From: Eledone cirrhosa
Lineage: Eukaryota
Assembly: GCA_964016885.1 (NCBI GenBank)
Contig: CAXHJY010000329.1
Coordinates: 95,869-159,868 of the forward strand
Direction: 5' to 3'
DNA length: 64,000 nt
Shown: positions 58,002 through 64,000 of the stretch, in pieces
How positions within the stretch are numbered: position 1 is the stretch's first letter
Layout of the letters: every line of letters begins with the position of its first letter
Translations under genes and position numbers: made by a program
The notes under the pieces: generated by a model
Seen by the model: only the letters and a program-made list of their open reading frames with translations
Told to the model about the DNA's origin: nothing
Databases searched by the model: none

Positions 58002-60205
58002 TTATACTTCTCTTAGGTCAGTGTTGCTTGTTTGGGTGTTGTTGTTATTCCATTCATTCTTTCTGTTTAGCCTTGGCCTTCTAAGTTCTATTTCGCTGGC
58101 CTCTCTGATTTGCCTATCTGCTGGGTCATTTCTATCTTTAGATATTATTCTAACTTCTATGTTGTCTATGTTACCGTTGTGTTGTCTGGCATGTTCGTAT
58201 AGTACTGAACCGTTTTTTCGTCCTTTTATTTCCCCCCAGTGTTGGTCTATCCTTTCAACTATGCTACGAGCCGTCTCGCCTATGTATGTTATTGTCATGT
58301 TTCTGCAAGTATCCTTCGTACATCTTATGCTATAGACTACGTTTCTCGTTTTACAGTTTATTCGGGGGTTTACTCTACATATGATGCATTTCCTATTAGC
58401 ATAATGGGTTTTCTTAAAAGGGTAGGTTTTGCATATCAGGGATTTTATGGTGGTTCCTGGCTTTTCTACCACCTTAATCTTTAAGTGGGTCTTTCTCAGG
58501 GCCTTTCTACACTGGTTAGCTAATTTCCCTCCAGGAGTAGCGTCCACAAACATGACATTCTGGTATCTCTGTTTGTCGTACCATGAGGTGGCTTTCCCTA
58601 TCTTATGTCTAGCCCTTTCTAAGCTATTCCATTGGTTGTAGCCAGAGAACTGCATGCGGTTGATGAAGTGTTGGATGTGTCTTTCCATTTCTGTTGGGTC
58701 GCACATGCGGGACACGTTCTTCATCACTCGTACCAAATCTGCGATCAGAATATTAAACTTAGCACCACTGGACATTGCTGAGTTTTTGAGTATCAGGTAT
58801 TTGGAGGCGATGGGTTTAGCATAGTGTGAGTTGAGAATTTGGGCTCTCTCGTCTATAGTGTTAATCCAGAGTTCCGTGTCTAATACAGGTAGTCTATTGT
58901 TAGGGTGTTTGGAAGGGTAGTCGATAGTTACAGTTATACTCTGGTGTATGGAATTAGCTATCTGCTGGATGCTTTCCATTGTGCTACGTTCTAAATCAAA
59001 CTTGTTAGTGCTCTCTAGTCGGGATGTTCTTATAGCTATATTGATATCGTCTACGTAACGAGAGTACACGATGAGGTCTATGGAGCTCTCATTAAGGAGA
59101 TCTTTAAGTCTCCTTTCCCACCATACCATAAAAAGGTTGGCAACATCACCAGCTATGCTGACGCCAATGGCTGGTCCCTCATTTTGGGTGTAGATCTTCT
59201 CGTTGAACTTGAATATGTGGCCCTTTAGGGTAGTTTTGATACTAGCCCCTGTTGCATGTGCGACCATTTTTCTTACATGATCATTGTTTTTGGGGGTCCG
59301 TATAGCTTTGGTCCACCCAATCCACCTTCCCATGGGAGTCTTTTTAGCCATTGAGGTTATGGTGGGGCGTCTACCTCTTATGGGTCTACTGGGGCAGAAA
59401 CGTCAAAGGTCATGGCTGTCTAGGTAGTCAGTGTCGTAGATAAGTCTAAGTAGGAGGCCCAGTTCGTCTGTGTCGACGTCGCAGAACTCTACCTCACTCT
59501 CAATGATCATCTCCACACATTTTTCCACAGCAAAATCAATGTTAATGGATGGGTACAGTGATACCACATCCATGCTGCCTATTATGCAGTTGGATAGGTT
59601 TCTGTTTTTGTTGCACTCACTGATTCTGCTGAGGACGTCCTCTGTACTGTCTCATACATCTGGGGACATCTTGATTATGGGGCGTATAACCATTGAGAGG
59701 AAGTAGGAGATCCTGTACTTGCTAGCTATATTTGCTCCGCATACGGGTCTTGTTGGTGGTCCTGTTGTCGGGTCGGCGATTGTCTTGTGGTCTTTGCGGA
59801 GCCCATACAAGCGTGGTATGCCATTTTTATTAGACGCCTGGAAGTTGTTGGCAGTGCGTCTGCTTGGCCTTAGGATGGCGGTCCACATCATCATGTGAGC
59901 GTTGAGGATTTTCCCTCTCCCATCATGTGTTTGCTGTGCAATTTCGCTCGTGTTGGTGATGTGGGGTTGCATAGCCTTGATGTAGCTCGGCATGCTATCT
60001 TTTGACATCCTACCGGACTTATCCGTGTGTAGACATACTACCTCACCATCCCTTGTGCACTGCTTGAGGCTAACCAAGCCTTCTACACGTTTCCTCCCAA
60101 GTTGTTGGGCCTCTGGTCTGCTCTGTCCCTTAGTGTACCTGTCTACTATTTGTCTAATCTTATTTCTAGCTATGGTGAACTGTGCCTCTGTCTCGTCATC
60201 TATTT
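58002..60205 (-). pseudogene. Disrupted PLE ORF: reverse transcriptase + GIY-YIG endonuclease
   Basis: PRLYGLRKDHK and RPVCGA (ORF 59652-60077). GSMDVVSLYPSI near 59545-59580. QNEGPAIG, YSRYVDD, LPVLD and NVVYSIRC...YIGETARSIVERIDQH...LNRKNE (ORF 58002-59351). Split by frameshifts and 5' truncated. Confidence 0.92.
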
Positions 60206-60470
60206 GTTGTGTCTATTTTGTATCTGTATTATTTTTGACCGTTGGTCAGTCAATGGCAACATTGAGGACCGAATAAATTAGATTACCGATATAAAGGACA
60301 CATAAAGCGAAAAGCGAAAACCAACCAAACACTGAGTGTGTTCTGTTATTAATTCTGGCAATATTACACAAATATGACCCCCCCCCCCCCCCCCCCAAGT
60401 ATAACAATATTTGTTTCGACACACAATTTCATATCAAAAACCTCGCAAAACTATATATATATATATATAT

Positions 60471-60527
60471 GAGTCCAGAAATAGCCGTCTAAACGGCTTG
60501 AGCTCTGCCGTCGGGGTCATACTTTTT

Positions 60528-60530
<3 letters not shown>
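60471..60530 (+). mobile_element. 60-bp terminal fragment of the PLE1 family embedded in (TA)n
   Basis: AGTCCAGAAATAGCCGTC.AAACGGCTT.AGCTCTGCCGTCGGGGT.ATA...TTCCT matches 57407-57465 and ends at the same base before (AT)n. Confidence 0.85.
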
Positions 60531-60596
<66 letters not shown>

Positions 60597-60773
60597 ATAC
60601 ATACATACATAATGTATGGAAAGCGAGGAGTGCAGTTTGAAAATTAAAATACAAATAGATGGCTTCGCCGTAAGATTTGACAAAGTAGGGTAGTCGATAA
60701 AAAACCCACTGAACGGGAAACCAATGTATATTAATCACAGATGTGTGCTGATACCCATTGTTTTCATTCAGTG

Positions 60774-60954
60774 GGTTTATACGCCCTGTTATTAGACTAT
60801 ATTATTGGCAGTATCGGTGGAGCGTCAGACACCATGCTTTGCAGCATGGAGTTATGGCTTTTTACGTTCTGAGTGCAAATCCCACCGAGGTTAACTTTGC
60901 CTTTCATCCTTACGGGGACGATAAAATCAAGTACCAGTAAAGCACTTGGGTATT
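60774..60954 (+). mobile_element. Single unamplified satellite-precursor copy: 5' flank + family A SINE (3' truncated)
   Basis: GGTTTATACGCCCTGTTATTAGACTATATTATTGGCAGTATCGGTGGAGCGTCAGACACCA (60774-60834) matches the monomer. It is followed by the same SINE body as at 51401 and preceded by non-satellite sequence. Confidence 0.92.
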
Positions 60955-60957
60955 TGC

Positions 60958-61003
60958 TAAGCTCTGATGATCACCAACAGTGTGAAACAGATTTGTCAGT
61001 TTA
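60958..61003 (+). ncRNA. Type I minimal hammerhead ribozyme (retrozyme A copy 1)
   Basis: TAAGCT-CTGATGA-tCACcaacaGTGt-GAAA-CAgattT-GTC-AGTTTA. Predicted cleavage after 60997. Confidence 0.8.
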
Positions 61004-61269
61004 TCCCCTTTGTTTGTTGAAAAAAGAAGTGACACAGTCACTGCTTTAAAACAATAGCGGAAGGTCTTCAAAATGCTTTTAATTAAGCATACAGTGTATT
61101 GCCAAATACACTATATATACATTCATATATATATCGCTATTTCAGAGCACCAATCCTAATTTTCAATTTTTGCTGGACCGGCAATTGCTCTGTATAATCA
61201 GTTCCTGAATATTACTGGCATTCTATCAGAATCCAGCATCTATAATTTTCAACAAACATCGGCGAGTGC

Positions 61270-61315
61270 TAAGCTCTGATGATCACCAACGGTGTGAAAC
61301 AGATCTGTCAGCTTA
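61270..61315 (+). ncRNA. Type I minimal hammerhead ribozyme (retrozyme A copy 2)
   Basis: TAAGCT-CTGATGA-tCACCaacGGTGt-GAAA-CAGATCT-GTC-AGCTTA. Perfect 6-bp stem I and palindromic stem III ACAGATCTGT. Predicted cleavage after 61309. Confidence 0.88.
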
Positions 61316-61595
61316 TCTCCCTTTGTTTGTTGAAAAAAGAAGTAAGTGACATAGTTACTACTTTAAATTAATAGCGCAAGGTCTTCAAAATGTTTTTAAT
61401 TAAGCATACAGTATACTGCCAAATATACTGTACATATATTCATGTATACATCTCTATTTCAGAGCACCAATCCTAATATATATATATATGAAAAGAGTGA
61501 GGTCCCCCACCGGCTGAGCTCCGGCCGTTTCGACAGCTAGATTGAATATTCTGGTGCGTTATGGTGCACTTGGTATCTCACCACACTCTCTTTGT

Positions 61596-61627
<32 letters not shown>

Positions 61628-62092
61628 AATACAAATGTTTCTGTAGAAAACGGATTGATCTGTCAGGGATTTCAATACTAGTAACTTGTAGCGATGTAAC
61701 CACTACCAGGCTAGTCGATATATCGATCTCTCACGATCAATCCGCTGAAACGATCGTAAAACCATGGACTAATTACCTACCTGACTATTTGTATATATAT
61801 ATATATATATATATATACCCCACTTTCAATAAGCAAGAACCTAATACCTTTCGTAACTTTTAATCATCTGGTGCTGTTATTTACTTTCCTATATATGTAT
61901 ATTATATACATATATATAAACGAAAAAAGAAAATTTCGCTCTACATGGCTCAATACAATAAATGTAATCTGAGTTTTTCGAATATTAATAATAAGATTCG
62001 ATTCGTTTGCAATTATGCAAACAAGCCTCAATTTTATAGCCATGTCAGTAGAATAAATCCTTCATTATTGCTCTTGTGTTGCCATGTGAACA

Positions 62093-62142
62093 GAACTGCA
62101 GACACTAATGTTTCTGTGTATCACCCTTCATCAGTACAGCTC
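62093..62142 (-). ncRNA. Type I hammerhead ribozyme (retrozyme B, inverted copy)
   Basis: Minus strand: GAGCTGTA-CTGATGA-aGGGTgatACACa-GAAA-CAttagT-GTC-TGCAGTTC. One mismatch in stem II. Confidence 0.78.
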
Positions 62143-62207
62143 ACTTGTGATTCCCAGAAACATCAGTGTCTGCACTTCTGTTCACATGCCAACACAAGAG
62201 CAATAAT

Positions 62208-62381
62208 TGTTTCTACGTTAGGCACAAGGCCAGCAATTACCCAGTGTATTACTGGTACGTCAGGATGAAAGGCAAAGTTAACCTCGGCGGGATTTGAACT
62301 CAAAATGGCAAGGGCCGTAACTCTATGCGTCAAAACATGGCATCCGACACTCTACCAATACTGCCAATCCACCGCCAGATT
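62208..62381 (-). mobile_element. Family A SINE inserted in retrozyme B, 14-bp TSD
   Basis: Minus strand has A box TGGCAGTATTGG, B box GTTCAAATCC and the shared body with an internal deletion. TSD ACAAGAGCAATAAT at 62194-62207 and 62382-62395. The empty site is visible in the sister copies (~62065-62078 inverted, ~62822-62835). Confidence 0.93.
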
Positions 62382-62591
62382 ACAAGAGCAATAATGAAGG
62401 GTTTATTCTACTGACATGGCTATAAAATTGAGGCTTGTTTGCATAATTGCAAACGAATCGAATGTTATTATTAATATTCGAAAAACTCAGATTACATTTA
62501 CTGTATTCAGCCATGTAGAGCGAAATTTTCTTTTTTATTTGAATTTGGCAAAGCCGGCTATTTATCGCTCGTATACAGGAAACTGAGACTG

Positions 62592-62690
62592 GCCAGTCTG
62601 CTGATATGCAAATCTGGCTGATCACTGGATCTGTTAATATGCAGATCTGACTGATCAGCCAGTGTGCTAATATGCAAATCAGGCCGATCA
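62592..62690 (+). repeat. 3 x 33-bp tandem repeat containing ATGCAAAT octamers
   Basis: Units at 62592-62624, 62625-62657 and 62658-62690, each ending GATCA. ATGCAAAT at 62606 and 62672, ATGCAGAT at 62639. Confidence 0.8.
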
Positions 62691-62756
62691 GTCACTGTGG
62701 ATTTTTGAAAATAGCATATATTTTCACTAGCTCTGACAGTTTGGCAGGTGAACAGT

Positions 62757-62806
62757 GAGCTGTACTGACGAAGGGTGATACCCAGAAACATTAGTGTCTG
62801 CAGTTC
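62757..62806 (+). ncRNA. Type I hammerhead ribozyme (retrozyme B, downstream copy)
   Basis: GAGCTGTA-CTGACGA-aGGGTgatACCCa-GAAA-CAttagT-GTC-TGCAGTTC. 8-bp stem I with two G.U pairs and a 4-bp stem II. Predicted cleavage after 62798. Confidence 0.87.
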
Positions 62807-62938
62807 TGTTCACATGCCAACACAAGAGCAAGAATGAAGGGTTCATTCTACTGACATGGCTATAAAATTGAGGGTTGTTTGCATAATTGCAAACGAATCG
62901 AATGTTAGAACTAATATTCGAAAAACTCAGATTACATT

Positions 62939-63020
<82 letters not shown>
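62939..63020. repeat. (TA)n/(TG)n compound microsatellite
   Basis: Seen directly. Confidence 0.95.
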
Positions 63021-63659
63021 CTATTACCAAAATAATTATTCAGAAAAAATAATTACACCATATGTAGCTCAAGGATACGGTGTCTGTGCTGTCATTTCAG
63101 TAAATGACCAAATAAATATAAATAATTTTGATTGGTTGATAACATTGGGGCTAGTAGTTACAGCAGTACTAATTAATAACAAAAACAACAACAACATTTA
63201 TTTATTACTAAACTCAATGTAGTAATTAATAAATTGTCATCACTGATGCCTCAACGTTGAACGCCCCAGCAAAATGACTAATTTCCGATACCACTTTACG
63301 ATAAAATAAAGTTAAAGAAAAACAAAACAAAAAAAAAAACACCTGTGGCTCAACTAATCACGCGAAGATGGCCTCTAACTATCACTAGGATTCAAGATCC
63401 ATACACCAATTATTTTTATGCTCACCGCAAGAAACATAAAATCAGAAAATTACCGGATATATATCTGTAGAAATTCTGTAAAGATTCTTATCACTGGTAT
63501 TTATAAAACATTTCTATTTATCGGTATGCATTGTGCATATAGATGACTTTAACATATGCGAATCATTAAAAAACTTTGATGACACGGGTTCACTTGTAAC
63601 ATATTAAATATGGAAAGAATCTTGAATGGTGCTCTATTGGTTTAGACGATGAGTGTTCA

Positions 63660-63802
63660 GTTGTTAAGTCAATGGAACAGCCTGCTTATGAAATTAATTT
63701 GTAAATAGCTGAGCATTTCATAGATACGTCAAATGTACTTCTCAGGGAGATTCGGCGTGACATAATGTATGACAGGTCGTTTTTTTTCGATTACGGGTAC
63801 AG
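63660..63802. mobile_element. Possible decayed interspersed repeat (SINE-like) fragment
   Basis: GGAACAGCCTGCT...GAAATTAA...GCTGAGCA...CTCAGGGAGATTCGGCGTGACA resembles, from memory only, a common octopus repeat. No second copy in the window. Confidence 0.35.
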
Positions 63803-64000
63803 TACAAGCTAGAGCGTTCCATGAGGAATCTGTGAATCTAAGTTCACTCATAAGGCCAAGAGTGACCTCAGAGGAATGGCACTGAGGAACGAACCTAACC
63901 ACAGCATGCACAGTAGTAGGCTGACGAACGCAGCTTGTGACGTGTTCTTTCCATTGGCCGATTGGTTAATACTTGATGTATGGTGCAGTAAGACTAGCTA

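Larger units (their letters stand above)
57490..60410 (-). mobile_element. Penelope-like retroelement 2 (5'-truncated, with inverted copy of its 3' end)
   Basis: RT + GIY-YIG on the minus strand. A ~190-bp inverted repeat pairs 57490-57681 with 60207-60410. The 3' end abuts (TA)n. Confidence 0.9.
60955..61477 (+). mobile_element. Putative non-LTR retrozyme A: ~1.7 tandem copies of a 312-bp unit, each with a hammerhead
   Basis: Direct repeat 60955-61160 vs 61267-61477. Non-coding, with a hammerhead near the start of each copy. Ends in (TA)n. Confidence 0.8.
61923..62940 (+). mobile_element. Putative non-LTR retrozyme B / non-autonomous PLE derivative: ~440-bp unit in partial tandem plus inverted 5' copy
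   Basis: 61923-62145 is the reverse complement of both 62147-62536 (SINE-interrupted) and 62754-62940. The shared segment carries a hammerhead. Non-coding and flanked by TA-rich tracts. Confidence 0.78.

Noticed and set aside
56268-60276. Plus-strand ORFs overlapping the PLEs (e.g. 56530-56946, 57736-58335)
   Set aside because: Antisense shadows of the RT/endonuclease frames and low-complexity UTR.
54534-60410. DNA transposons with long TIRs
   Set aside because: The enclosed coding remnants are RT + GIY-YIG, not transposase. The inverted copies start exactly at ORF truncation points, as expected for PLEs.
60806-61310. SINE Pol III promoter driving retrozyme A
   Set aside because: This copy's B box is mutated (GTGCAAATCC) and a T5 run near 60859-60863 would terminate Pol III before the hammerheads.
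61830-61878. Minus-strand CAGATGA...GAAA hammerhead-like remnant
   Set aside because: The core is mutated and the stems are weak, so it cannot be distinguished from chance.

Overview
Eukaryotic, repeat-only window with no intact host gene. It is probably from a cephalopod such as Octopus, inferred from recalled SINE sequences and the density of (TA)n/(GTT)n tracts. Positions 1-51400 are about 755 tandem copies of a 68-bp satellite with multi-kb higher-order duplications (6390 bp, about 9174/9854 bp, nested 1494 bp). The monomer is built from the A-box head of a tRNA-derived SINE plus its 5' flank. The array runs directly into a complete SINE body at 51401, and an unamplified single-copy relative survives at 60774-60954. 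The last 12.6 kb holds microsatellites, SINEs and two 5'-truncated, frameshifted Penelope-like elements (RT + GIY-YIG), each with an inverted copy of its 3' end. It also holds a dense cluster of type I hammerhead ribozyme motifs. Two non-coding tandem-hammerhead elements (312-nt and about 440-nt units) look like non-LTR retrozymes, and one has the same inverted-junction architecture as the Penelope elements. All satellite and microsatellite ORFs are treated as spurious.
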